The notes: generated by a model not told the origin, from the sequence alone. DNA of 64,000 bases from Bdellovibrionales bacterium (GCA_041740515.1 JBGSLV010000043.1:27594-91593), one strand, 5' to 3'; positions 17,674-27,099 are shown, counted from the stretch's first letter. Made by a program: numbers and translations.

Positions 17674-18954
17674 TTAAGGTCTAAGCAAAATGATAGGAGA
17701 TTTTTTGTTTAAAGCAATTATCAAATATTTCTTATCTACTCCCACTTGGCTGGATAAACCTTCATTAAATGAATATTTTTTTAATAATTTGAAACTCACA
17801 AAATCATAAATACAAACATCAGTTTTCGCACAAGGAGTGGCGACATATTTTTTACTCTTGTATTTTAGGATGACTGGGCTGGCTCTTTTTGTCTCTTTAC
17901 TCATGCTTAATTCATGAAAAGCAAGCCTTTGGCCTGTCTTCAAATCAATTTTATGCACACCAGTTTGATCATTTATAAATCCAAATGACAATTTTTGATC
18001 TATCGCCGGACTACTTTGATTAAATTCACTAAGCTTATATTGCCAATTTATAAGACCATTAGCTTTTTTCAAACTGTATAAATGACCATCCCATGAACTG
18101 ATGTAAATGTTTTCGTTATCCATGGCTGGCGTAGATTTAATAGGGCCGGCTAATTTTATTTCCCACATGATAGTTCCTGTAGTTTTGGACATAGCTTGAA
18201 ATTTATTATCATTGTCACCAAAATACAAATTTTCATTATCAACAGCCGGTGAAGAATGACTGTGATTACCAATGGGATTGCTGGCCCACACAAGAGACGT
18301 ATCCGATAAATTAATTTTCCCAATATAACCATTAGGATGTAAGGTTTCGACATTGTAATAAAGATAATGCGATTCTAACCAAGGGGTAGCTCCAAAAGAG
18401 TTGCCTAATTGTGCCATCCAAATAATTTTCTTCGCTTCAAGATTCAGAAGATATAGCCGCCCGGAGTATTCACCGATGATAGCGTAATCATTAAAAACAA
18501 TTGGCGTTCCATGAAACCCAAGATTTGAATTATATAGATGTAAAGACCAATGAAGTTTTTCTTGTTTAAAGACTTGAATGAGTCCCTGATCACCAGCCGA
18601 TACCATGAACTTACCATTACTTACGGGCGTAGATTTACTAGCACCATGCCCCCCATGATTAACAATAGTGTCATTCAGCATTTCAGATTTTAAGCTGAGG
18701 GGATCAAAATCAATCTCGTAGAAGCCTGTTCGATCAGCATCATTTCGATATTGAACGGAGGAATCCTTTAATCCCTTAATAAGGTTAGTATCTTTATTTA
18801 TTATAAAAAAATTGGGTTTAATAAAAACGAAACTTCGATAACTGTAGATTCCATAATTATAGAGTGTTGGATTTAAAAAAAATAAAATGAGTAGGGTTAA
18901 AAAAAGGGTACTAAAAGTATAGAAATAAAAAAACTTAAAGCTCTTTACAAACAT
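17674..18954 (-). CDS. PQQ-like (BamB-type) beta-propeller repeat protein with an N-terminal membrane anchor
   Basis: Repeated units such as ENLYFGDNDNKFQAMSKTTGTIMWEIKL and ENIYISSWDGHLYSLKKANGLINWQYKL. Confidence 0.7.
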   Translation of the reverse strand: MFVKSFKFFYFYTFSTLFLTLLILFFLNPTLYNYGIYSYRSFVFIKPNFFIINKDTNLIKGLKDSSVQYRNDADRTGFYEIDFDPLSLKSEMLNDTIVNHGGHGASKSTPVSNGKFMVSAGDQGLIQVFKQEKLHWSLHLYNSNLGFHGTPIVFNDYAIIGEYSGRLYLLNLEAKKIIWMAQLGNSFGATPWLESHYLYYNVETLHPNGYIGKINLSDTSLVWASNPIGNHSHSSPAVDNENLYFGDNDNKFQAMSKTTGTIMWEIKLAGPIKSTPAMDNENIYISSWDGHLYSLKKANGLINWQYKLSEFNQSSPAIDQKLSFGFINDQTGVHKIDLKTGQRLAFHELSMSKETKRASPVILKYKSKKYVATPCAKTDVCIYDFVSFKLLKKYSFNEGLSSQVGVDKKYLIIALNKKSPIILLRP

Positions 18955-20113
18955 TGTTGTAAGTCCTTACAAGAGTATATTCTTTATCTGTTGTTCGTGC
19001 TGACTCTAAGTAAAACAAAAACTTAGAGTTTGGATTTTTCTGACATAATCTTTGAAGAAATGTATCATAAACTATTGCGTCACAATGAATTCTAAGGAAA
19101 TTTACTATTTTGGGAATATTTAAAGCTACTATGCTTCCATCCGATTTTTCCTCAAGTAATGTATGTTGGCATTTAAGCTTAGAATCTAACATATTTAAGG
19201 TTTCATATCTTATATTTCCATCCATGGATGGATCTATTCCATAAAATTTGCTTGAAATATTCCAAACAATCATAAGCATTATAAAAAATATCGAAGCTCG
19301 TCGCCTAAAATTACTGTTGCCGAACTGCAGATCATTCAGAGTTGTAAAAGAATATTTTAATAATCCTGAATCATCATTTGTAAATTCATTAATAACAATA
19401 GGTAACAAAAGACCCATCATTATTAATGGATAATAAAACCCAACAATTAAAACTGAATACAAATGGAATATAATCAACTGTAATAAAGTAACTCGTCTTA
19501 AAAGGACGTTTTGAGATAGCAAACCCCAGATTAAAATAAGTTCTAGTACAGGGACATAAGCCAAACTTAATGTATGCCAAAAGCCGCTCAGCATGTAAGT
19601 GCTATAACTAACCAATGCGGCACCAGACAGCCACTCGATATTAAGTTTTAAAAGTCCTGCAAATACATATTGTAAAATTAGACCCAGTCGATAAAAATGA
19701 AAGGAACCCAAAGAAAGTATCGTTAAAATACTTAAACTTAAATGCATGGTATGGTAATTACCCATGAAATTATATCTTGATAAAAGGACTAATACTTTAA
19801 AAAAAGTAAGGGAATAAAAAATTAGCATATAAATCTTGGTTTTATCAAAAAGGACTAAAAACAGACCGATGACGCAAAAAAGAGCGTAAATATAAAAAAT
19901 ACTTTGAACATAAAATAAATTTTCAAAAGCTAATTCAAAGCAATTTCTAAAAACTGGAACACAGGCTACTTCATAATTTTCATTTGCAAATCTTAACCAA
20001 ACCTTACCTTTCAACCAGTATATCGCAGTTATAAAATGTGCAAAAAGAAGCCCAAAATAAATTGCCTTTTTTAAATAGTTCATTTTATAAGAATTAAAAG
20101 TTTGAAAGTTCAT
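18935..20113 (-). CDS. Polytopic membrane protein, possibly HTTM/VKGC-like, with a small C-terminal soluble domain
   Basis: About 8 hydrophobic spans. The NFMGNYHTMHLSLSILTIL segment is reminiscent of the HTTM N-x-Y-x-L region. The family call is weak. Alternative start at 20083. Confidence 0.4.
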   Translation of the reverse strand: MNFQTFNSYKMNYLKKAIYFGLLFAHFITAIYWLKGKVWLRFANENYEVACVPVFRNCFELAFENLFYVQSIFYIYALFCVIGLFLVLFDKTKIYMLIFYSLTFFKVLVLLSRYNFMGNYHTMHLSLSILTILSLGSFHFYRLGLILQYVFAGLLKLNIEWLSGAALVSYSTYMLSGFWHTLSLAYVPVLELILIWGLLSQNVLLRRVTLLQLIIFHLYSVLIVGFYYPLIMMGLLLPIVINEFTNDDSGLLKYSFTTLNDLQFGNSNFRRRASIFFIMLMIVWNISSKFYGIDPSMDGNIRYETLNMLDSKLKCQHTLLEEKSDGSIVALNIPKIVNFLRIHCDAIVYDTFLQRLCQKNPNSKFLFYLESARTTDKEYTLVRTYNNVCKEL

Positions 20114-20489
20114 ATTTGATTGTATTTTTAAATATTACATTTTTAAGGTTACATGTATTTATATTAGTAAAACTTAGATCTGAATCCAAAAAAATTACAG
20201 TATTCAAACTACAATTGCTAAAGTAGGCCCCTTGAAGTGAAGCTCCTTTTAAGACTGTATTTTCGATATTTAGACCATTAAACTTGACGGCTTCAGCTTT
20301 GAGACCAACAATTTCTGAATTTATAATCTTTAGATTTTGGATTTTTTTAGTCTTTAAATACAAAATGAATACATTGACCGAATCTAAAATTTGATCATTT
20401 TCTGCAATTGAGATCTTGTCATAAGTCTTATTGGGGTCCAAACCATAAATGTTTGAAAATAGTAAGTAGCTAGCCACTATAAGTATCAT
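20094..20489 (-). CDS. Secreted pentapeptide-repeat protein
   Basis: LKGASLQGAYFSNCSLNTVIFLDSDLSFTNINTCNLKNVIF. Start moved to ATG 20489 (MILIVASYLLFSNIYG signal-like). Confidence 0.7.
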   Translation of the reverse strand: MILIVASYLLFSNIYGLDPNKTYDKISIAENDQILDSVNVFILYLKTKKIQNLKIINSEIVGLKAEAVKFNGLNIENTVLKGASLQGAYFSNCSLNTVIFLDSDLSFTNINTCNLKNVIFKNTIKYELSNF

Positions 20490-20645
20490 AGTAAAATGAT
20501 AGATTTTAACATCGATTATGCAAGTTAAATAAAATCTTAGTTTTAAATTAACAACAGGCTTGAGTCGGTAGTTAAGTGTAAAAACTAGTATGGAGTCATA
20601 ATATATCAATTAAATTGTAGTAACAACGACTTGATCTGACAGCTA

Positions 20646-20673
20646 CCCTGTTTGTGTTTAGCTACAAACAGGG
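20646..20673 (-). terminator. 10-bp-stem hairpin downstream of the 441-aa gene (possible terminator or regulatory hairpin)
   Basis: CCCTGTTTGT-N8-ACAAACAGGG. The T-run lies on the plus-strand side only, so its function on the minus strand is uncertain. Confidence 0.25.
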
Positions 20674-20751
20674 TTACCATCTTTTGTTCCTCGTTAATTA
20701 CGAGAAGTGTCAGATTAAGTTGTGACTAGTTCACTTTAGTAATCAAAAATT

Positions 20752-22077
20752 TTAAAAAAAACTACCTATAGACTTGGCACTAAAGACCTGCTTTTGAAAT
20801 ATATATTTATCAGGATCTATATTTGATTTGTTTAAAGTTAGAATTAAGTCACTGATTGATTCTGGAACAAGTAACACATTAGAAAAACCAAATCTTACAA
20901 GGGTTTTATAAACATTGATCGATTTGTTGGGGTCAAGCATATGATGTCCAACAAGATATAATTTATCGTCTTTGGAAATCTTATCTAGTCCAGTTAACAT
21001 ATAGTTGCCAGTAACTTTATTTTCCTTAACTAGTCTATTATATGACTCTTGAGTATAAGTTCTTAAATAGTACTGTTTAAATCCCTCAACAGAAAGCTTT
21101 TCAGGATAAAGTGGAATAGAGTTTTTAAAATGTATAGTCTCAAATGCATCTGGATCGGAGACATCAATAATTTTAAATTTGTCATTGGACTTAAGACTAG
21201 TCAGTAATTGCTCTTGGGATGCAATTTTAGTTCGTTTAAAGACCTCAGCCATTGTTTTTTCTTTATTATTAACCCATTTTTTATCTGCGTCTTTAAACCA
21301 ATATACATTCTTCGCATTTTTTGTATAAAGTTTACTGATCAAATTATAGCCTTTGAAAGTATTTTTATATGTTGAGAACACAACGATATCGTTATTATTT
21401 AATGGTGTTTTCAAATTCGTATCAAAAAGTAAGTCTAAAAGATTAAATTTAGTATCTTTAGGTAAAATATCATTTGCGATTATGGCTTTTGGGAAAAAAT
21501 ATCCGTCCTGATCAGAAAAGGTATAAAATTCAACATTACTCTTGGCGTAGAATTGAATCAGCTGTTTATAATCTATAACTTTGGCATTCCAATGATTTTT
21601 GGGAAAAAGGTTTGGATTCCAAAGTGTCTTAACTTTACTATTTATAAGTTCACCGACTATAAATTGGATTTTTTTATCTTTTTCATTCAAAAGTTTAGAA
21701 TTGTAAATTCCGAAGATAAAATCAGTAAGTAGATAGGGATTCGTTATTTTCTTTACAGTTTCGTGAAAAGTCCTAATCAAATTATTAGGTTCATTAGATT
21801 TTATAGTGATATCATTGTAATAATAAAATTTGCTCATTTTAAATTTTAAAACACCAAATTCTTTACCTTCTAAATTTAAGACTTTAAAATCCTTGGTTAT
21901 CGCACAGATTGAACTCGGCAAAGGAATAATCTTTGATCCATTTTGACTAAAGTAAAAATTAATAAGCTCATCCGGCCATTTTAAATCACTCAAAACTGTA
22001 CAAGCTTCCGCTTTATTTGCGAAAACAAAAAATGTCATGGTGAGTAAAAATATAACATAGTTGCATTTGGATTTCAT
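20752..22077 (-). CDS. Secreted hypothetical protein, possibly with two degenerate rhodanese-homology domains
   Basis: Signal peptide. KIIDVSDPDAFETIHFKNSIPL ... LYLVGHHMLDPNKS..LVRFGFSNVLLV resembles a rhodanese layout without the catalytic Cys. A similar unit lies upstream (VVFSTYKN..NAKNVYWFKD). Confidence 0.35.
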   Translation of the reverse strand: MKSKCNYVIFLLTMTFFVFANKAEACTVLSDLKWPDELINFYFSQNGSKIIPLPSSICAITKDFKVLNLEGKEFGVLKFKMSKFYYYNDITIKSNEPNNLIRTFHETVKKITNPYLLTDFIFGIYNSKLLNEKDKKIQFIVGELINSKVKTLWNPNLFPKNHWNAKVIDYKQLIQFYAKSNVEFYTFSDQDGYFFPKAIIANDILPKDTKFNLLDLLFDTNLKTPLNNNDIVVFSTYKNTFKGYNLISKLYTKNAKNVYWFKDADKKWVNNKEKTMAEVFKRTKIASQEQLLTSLKSNDKFKIIDVSDPDAFETIHFKNSIPLYPEKLSVEGFKQYYLRTYTQESYNRLVKENKVTGNYMLTGLDKISKDDKLYLVGHHMLDPNKSINVYKTLVRFGFSNVLLVPESISDLILTLNKSNIDPDKYIFQKQVFSAKSIGSFF

Positions 22078-22413
22078 AATATCACCCTTTAAAAGATGCT
22101 AAAGGTTATCTTCGGCTAAAACAACATATGTATTAAAAAGGAATTTGCTTTCATTTTTGGAAGCATTACATCGATTATTAACGGTATTGAAGCAATTTAC
22201 TTAAAAATTTACGATAAATGAATTTAATTTTTTAGACTTAATGAAGTCATAACTCTGCCCTAATTCATAATCAGGCTTACAAGAACTACTTTTCTCTTCA
22301 CGTAAATTCATCGATCAGTTTGAGATCAAGAAGATTGAATTGAATTAAATTGGATTATTTTAATTTCTCATTCAAATATGCTGAACTGTCAAATCGGTAG
22401 TAATTCTACCAAC

Positions 22414-22923
22414 TTAATTTCCAGAGTTATTTTTAACGCTTGCTTTCCCGACATTAGCGCCCTCTGTGTATTGTAAATCAACATTATCAAATTGAAGTGT
22501 GAAATTTTCGGTTAAACGCTCTTCGCCACCCGATCCACCGCTTGCTACAGATGTGATCAGAACTTTATTCATTGTGAATTTTATGGTCATTGCATTTTCG
22601 ACTTCAAGAACAACTTTTGAAATTTTTGTTTTCTGGCTTAGTAATTTAATAATCTCAGCTGATTCTGGACCAACAAATTTAGTAAATGACATATCTTGAA
22701 CTTTTAAATCTCTTGATTGCTTTGATTCCGAATCTTCTGAAATATTACTAACTCCCCAACTCCAAGCTAAAATCTCGACTGGTTTTTGCAAATTGGTAAC
22801 ATTCATGGATTTGTCCGTTTCAAAAGAAAGTTTCATTTTTGTACCTCTTCGAGGTGAACTCTCTTGACCAGCTAATGTAAAACAAAAGGTAAAAGTAATA
22901 AGGAATATAAATATATTTTTCAT
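22414..22923 (-). CDS. Hcp-family (type VI secretion tube protein) homologue with an apparent N-terminal signal peptide
   Basis: Blocks VEILAWSWGVSN, LKVQDMSFTKF and ITSVASGGSGGEERLTENFTLQF match Hcp1 hallmark blocks as I recall them. MKNIFIFLITFTFCFTLAGQ precedes the Hcp core. Alternative leaderless start at 22836. Confidence 0.8.
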   Translation of the reverse strand: MKNIFIFLITFTFCFTLAGQESSPRRGTKMKLSFETDKSMNVTNLQKPVEILAWSWGVSNISEDSESKQSRDLKVQDMSFTKFVGPESAEIIKLLSQKTKISKVVLEVENAMTIKFTMNKVLITSVASGGSGGEERLTENFTLQFDNVDLQYTEGANVGKASVKNNSGN

Positions 22924-23112
22924 TTTGAAACCTCTGAAAGGATTTATATAATTTAATATTAAATATTTAACGTGAATTTAGGTTAATTATATCTAATTGA
23001 AGATTCAATAAAAAAAATTTATTTTTTTGGTGCATAGACTTTAAGATAGGTGAGACAACTTTAACTGATAACCCCATTCCATTTAAATTTTTTGATTCTT
23101 AAGTTAACGGCA

Positions 23113-24564
23113 TTACCAACGACAGCTGTTTATGTTATCCGCATTTGCAATAAAACTGTAATTATAAGTTTTATAAAAGAACCAACTTTTTTTAGGACCA
23201 AGGAATTGCTTTATATTCAAATTGGTCAATTTATGTATTTCACCACTTTCAGATTTTACAATAAGATTAAAATTTTGTAGCTTATCTAACTTACGTGCCC
23301 TTTCATAGGCAAGATCAAGTCCTGATTTAGTAATCCAGTCCGATGTTTGTCTAACTTCCGTAAAAATAGATTCGTCATAAGAGCTAAGTACTTGGTAAAG
23401 CTCGCTCTCGTATCCAAATAAATCAATTTTTTTCATAAAAAAATGATTATTGTAGGAACCCGCAAACTTAAGATTTGAGAACATGGTGAAGTTCCCTGCC
23501 GAACGATAGCCAAAATAGATAGAAGTGCTAAATAAACAAAGCAAAATTAATGGTCCTAATTTAAGAGTATCAATTGATGAAAAATTTAAATACCTTTCGA
23601 AAGAATGCCTTTTAATTATATGCTTACTACTCAAATAAATCAGATTCATCGTAATAACGATAAGGATTAATCCTTGTAAAGACTGCAAGGTCTGTTTGAT
23701 TTCTGGAAACACATAAGCACCTATCAAACTTATACCAATAAGGACATAAGAGCTTATAAAATGCAGATAAATAATTTTAATCCAAACATCGAAACTAGAA
23801 ATAACAAGAGGCAAAAATAGAAATAATAAAGCCATAGCCAATGATGAAAAGTCTGCAAACCCACCAAGGGCCAAATAGGAATGCAAAAAGAGCAACATAA
23901 GTAGACCATAGTTTCTATATCGTTTCATCAATAACAAGGTGGGTGCCAATAGTTCCAGTGCACCTACAATTTTGGGGGAAATACTTTTAATAAATACAGG
24001 TATATCATTTAAGTCGATATTATTAAAAAACCGACTAAAAAGCTTTAAGTGGTACCAAGTGGTGCAAGATTTATCAGGATTATAAAAATCAACATTCATT
24101 TTATGCAAAGCAGCGCTATAGTATAAAATGACCAATGCACTTAACAAAAAAATTTTATTTTCAAAAAGATTAAGGTAAATATTTTCATATTTTATAAAAT
24201 TCACAAAATAGAATACAAAAATTAAAAAAAGCAAAAATGTATTAAAATTAGTATGATTGGCCCCATAGGGCCAATGATTAATTATATGAAATAACAGTAA
24301 AGAACAGAAAAAAATAAATAATAGGTTGATATAAAAAAAGAATCTATTAGAACTCTCTATGTGACAGTTTTTTATGGCTTTAAAAAATCGATACGCCAAA
24401 TAATGAAAAGCTAAAAGAAAAACAAATAATACTTTCTCTGCATAGTCGTTTTGGAAGTACTCAAAAAAATGATAAACTTGTGCGGTAACGTAAGACAGAA
24501 TAAAGCCTAAGTCATAAATATTAGACTTTATTGGGATGGCTTTTCTGTTCAAACATAAAGTCAA
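23113..24564 (-). CDS. Polytopic membrane protein, possibly HTTM/VKGC-like, with a C-terminal soluble domain
   Basis: More than 8 hydrophobic spans. WPYGANHTNFNTFLLFLIF and AGNFTMFSNLKFAGSYNNHFF segments. The family call is weak. Confidence 0.4.
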   Translation of the reverse strand: MTLCLNRKAIPIKSNIYDLGFILSYVTAQVYHFFEYFQNDYAEKVLFVFLLAFHYLAYRFFKAIKNCHIESSNRFFFYINLLFIFFCSLLLFHIINHWPYGANHTNFNTFLLFLIFVFYFVNFIKYENIYLNLFENKIFLLSALVILYYSAALHKMNVDFYNPDKSCTTWYHLKLFSRFFNNIDLNDIPVFIKSISPKIVGALELLAPTLLLMKRYRNYGLLMLLFLHSYLALGGFADFSSLAMALLFLFLPLVISSFDVWIKIIYLHFISSYVLIGISLIGAYVFPEIKQTLQSLQGLILIVITMNLIYLSSKHIIKRHSFERYLNFSSIDTLKLGPLILLCLFSTSIYFGYRSAGNFTMFSNLKFAGSYNNHFFMKKIDLFGYESELYQVLSSYDESIFTEVRQTSDWITKSGLDLAYERARKLDKLQNFNLIVKSESGEIHKLTNLNIKQFLGPKKSWFFYKTYNYSFIANADNINSCRW

Positions 24565-24573
24565 TGTATGCCT

Positions 24574-24759
24574 TTAAAATAATTTTTTAAATAGTAAATA
24601 TTCAGACAAAGTATTATCTGCTTTCGACCAAGAATTTTGAATATCATTAGAAAAAGTAACTAGACCATAGTCAGGTTCCAATAAAAAACCTATAAACTCT
24701 TTAGCATTAGCTTTTAGCCCAATAATCAATATAAAAATAGAAAGCAAAGTCTTGAACAT
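24574..24759 (-). CDS. Small secreted protein (61 aa) ending 9 nt upstream of the 483-aa membrane protein gene
   Basis: Signal peptide MFKTLLSIFILIIGLKANA followed by about 40 residues. Tight spacing suggests co-transcription. Confidence 0.4.
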   Translation of the reverse strand: MFKTLLSIFILIIGLKANAKEFIGFLLEPDYGLVTFSNDIQNSWSKADNTLSEYLLFKKLF

Positions 24760-24960
24760 AAATAAATACTTTACGATATAAGTATATTTGTAAAGAACAA
24801 AACCTTAATTAATTCCCTATTTAAATTTATCAACTACTCCAAAAAAATTGGAACTAATTTTTTATAATTCCAATACTTGGTATATATCTTAACTTAAACT
24901 AAAAAACGCAAAAGCTAAAATGCTATTGTTATTTCTATCAATTACATCGAGGATAAATGT

Positions 24961-25377
24961 GTGCGAGCTCAACTTAATCATTTGTTTTTATTATTAATCC
25001 TAGCCCTCGGCTTGGCAGGACCCGTGTCAATGTTAATCTTTGAGTACAATCCCCTGTTTTTTATTTCTCCAGCGCCAAGTGTTTTTACCTATCAAAAAAA
25101 ATATCCCAATCAAATTGAATTTATAAGATATGCCTCAAATGGACCTTACGATAGTATTAAAATGAATCGTGATTTTTATAAAAAAATGATTGGACCACAT
25201 AGATATAAAGTGCTTTTTAATTCACTAATGAAACGTGGCGAAAGGCTAGTGCATTCCAAAAATTATAAAGTTTTTATAAAAAATTTTATCTGTAAACACA
25301 ATACTGATTTAACTTTGTTAAAAGTAGAAATTGTAAAAAACAAAAAAATCTTAAATGTGATCGATTGTCATGGATAA
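24961..25377 (+). CDS. Small membrane-anchored hypothetical protein (position suggests an SdpA-like partner)
   Basis: GTG start with GAGGA 7 nt upstream. One N-terminal hydrophobic span. Overlaps the next gene by 8 nt. Confidence 0.4.
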   Translation: MRAQLNHLFLLLILALGLAGPVSMLIFEYNPLFFISPAPSVFTYQKKYPNQIEFIRYASNGPYDSIKMNRDFYKKMIGPHRYKVLFNSLMKRGERLVHSKNYKVFIKNFICKHNTDLTLLKVEIVKNKKILNVIDCHG

Positions 25378-26188
25378 ACAACAAATTGAAATCAAAACTA
25401 TTCAAATCACTATAGTCTTTCTGGCTATCTACTACCTGTTATATTCTTTATATGAGCTACCTTTTGTCATTGATATGTACTCATGTGCAAGGCTTAATAT
25501 TTGTATTTATAGCGAATTAAACTTATCAAATTTCTATATATTTTTTTTTCAAGTTCTAAAAATTTTTTCCTCCCTGCTTCTCTTTAACAAAAAATTTTAT
25601 AAATTTGCTCTTTTTAATATTTTATCAACTAACATACTTTTTATGTTTGCAAATAAACTTTTACACTCCCCAGAGCAAGGCTACTTAAATTTTTTACTTC
25701 TTATACTTTTGTTATATAAGAATCCAAATAGTCCAGATCATGAATCTTCACCTCATCAAGTTTTTAATTTAAGGCTTACAAAGATTTATATTTTTGTTTT
25801 TTACTTAGCCTACAGTTTCTCTGGATTTACCAAATATCGAACTGACGCTTGGATGGATGGATCTTTTATGAATAATTTTTTTGCTCATAATCATTTGATT
25901 TATAATACCATTTTTTTAGAATTCCTTTCCACCGCTGTGAAAAGTGCCATGACCTATTTTACGGTTTTTATTGAGTTGTTTTCCTTTCTTGCAATTACTA
26001 ATCGCATTTTAGCCCTATTTTTTTGGCTAAATCTCACAATCATTCAAATTGGCCTAATTTTTTGGGCCGATTTATGGCAAGTAAATCTAGGTATGCTAAT
26101 CTGTCATTTTTTTGTTATGGATAATGGTCTTTTAATCGGTATAAAAAAACTTTTACATTCTCTTAAATTTAAAATCTTTAAAATATGA
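25370..26188 (+). CDS. Polytopic membrane protein, possibly SdpB/HTTM-like
   Basis: Several hydrophobic spans. The LHSPEQGYLNFLLLILLLYK segment resembles the HTTM core. Translationally coupled to the 138-aa gene. Confidence 0.4.
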   Translation: MDKQQIEIKTIQITIVFLAIYYLLYSLYELPFVIDMYSCARLNICIYSELNLSNFYIFFFQVLKIFSSLLLFNKKFYKFALFNILSTNILFMFANKLLHSPEQGYLNFLLLILLLYKNPNSPDHESSPHQVFNLRLTKIYIFVFYLAYSFSGFTKYRTDAWMDGSFMNNFFAHNHLIYNTIFLEFLSTAVKSAMTYFTVFIELFSFLAITNRILALFFWLNLTIIQIGLIFWADLWQVNLGMLICHFFVMDNGLLIGIKKLLHSLKFKIFKI

Positions 26189-26379
26189 ATTCTTTTAAAA
26201 ATTGAAAAGTTCCGATGTTTTAAAGATTCCGACTGATTTTCCAAATCAAATATGAATGAATGTTGTACTGCGGAGAGTTAAATACTTTGTTTTTATTTAT
26301 AATGTAATAGCCCCGTTGATGTTGATGTATATCTTTGGTAGCTTTTGTCTAAATAAATAAAATGTTAAGGGGAAATTTT

Positions 26380-27099
26380 ATGAAACAATCCATATTTAAG
26401 AACTATTTTATATTAATTTTAACTCTATTTTTCGTGAATTCATATGCCAACGCTAATTTTTTTCAGAATGCTGGCAGTAAGTATGATGTTCTTTTTGTTA
26501 TGGATGACTCCGCAGATATGACTACAATTAAATATAAAGAAGGGCTGACAACAGCCGTGAGCAAATTGATTGATTTAAATGTACATATTGGAATGATAAC
26601 TACAAGTGATTATGATCAAAGTTACCCAAGAGTTAAAAGAACGGTTTGGGAATTTATTCCTTACTCATCTGCTAGCGACAAAAGTCACACTGACAATGTT
26701 GTAGATTATTTGCTATCAGTTCCCTACAATGGGAGTGGTACAGAAAAATTTTTTCCAAACATAGTTGGGGCTTTTCAAAATTCTGATAGTTCTCTGTTTT
26801 TTAGACAAGATGCTACTTTAGTTATTTTTATTGTTTCAACAGCTGTCGACCAGAGTGAACTGTCATCACTAGATTTTTTAAAAAAACTTGAAGTCTATAA
26901 ATCTTTAACTCATGTTTACATTCGGGCTGCATTAACAGCGCCTCACGATGTTAATGATAACAATTGTAAAGGTGAAATTGACTCATCTAACCTAAGTTTT
27001 GTTCCAAAATTAAACGAACTTATGAATTACTCTAAAATTGATGTTAAAATGATTAGTTTATGTTCAAAAGATTGGAGTTCTTTAATCGATTTTAATTAA
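26380..27099 (+). CDS. Secreted hypothetical protein with a vWA-like layout
   Basis: Start at ATG 26380 (AAGGGGA upstream). Signal peptide. YDVLFVMDDSADM (MIDAS-like DxSxD), HIGMITT, GSGTEKF and ATLVIFIVSTAVD follow vWA strand order. Confidence 0.4.
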   Translation: MKQSIFKNYFILILTLFFVNSYANANFFQNAGSKYDVLFVMDDSADMTTIKYKEGLTTAVSKLIDLNVHIGMITTSDYDQSYPRVKRTVWEFIPYSSASDKSHTDNVVDYLLSVPYNGSGTEKFFPNIVGAFQNSDSSLFFRQDATLVIFIVSTAVDQSELSSLDFLKKLEVYKSLTHVYIRAALTAPHDVNDNNCKGEIDSSNLSFVPKLNELMNYSKIDVKMISLCSKDWSSLIDFN

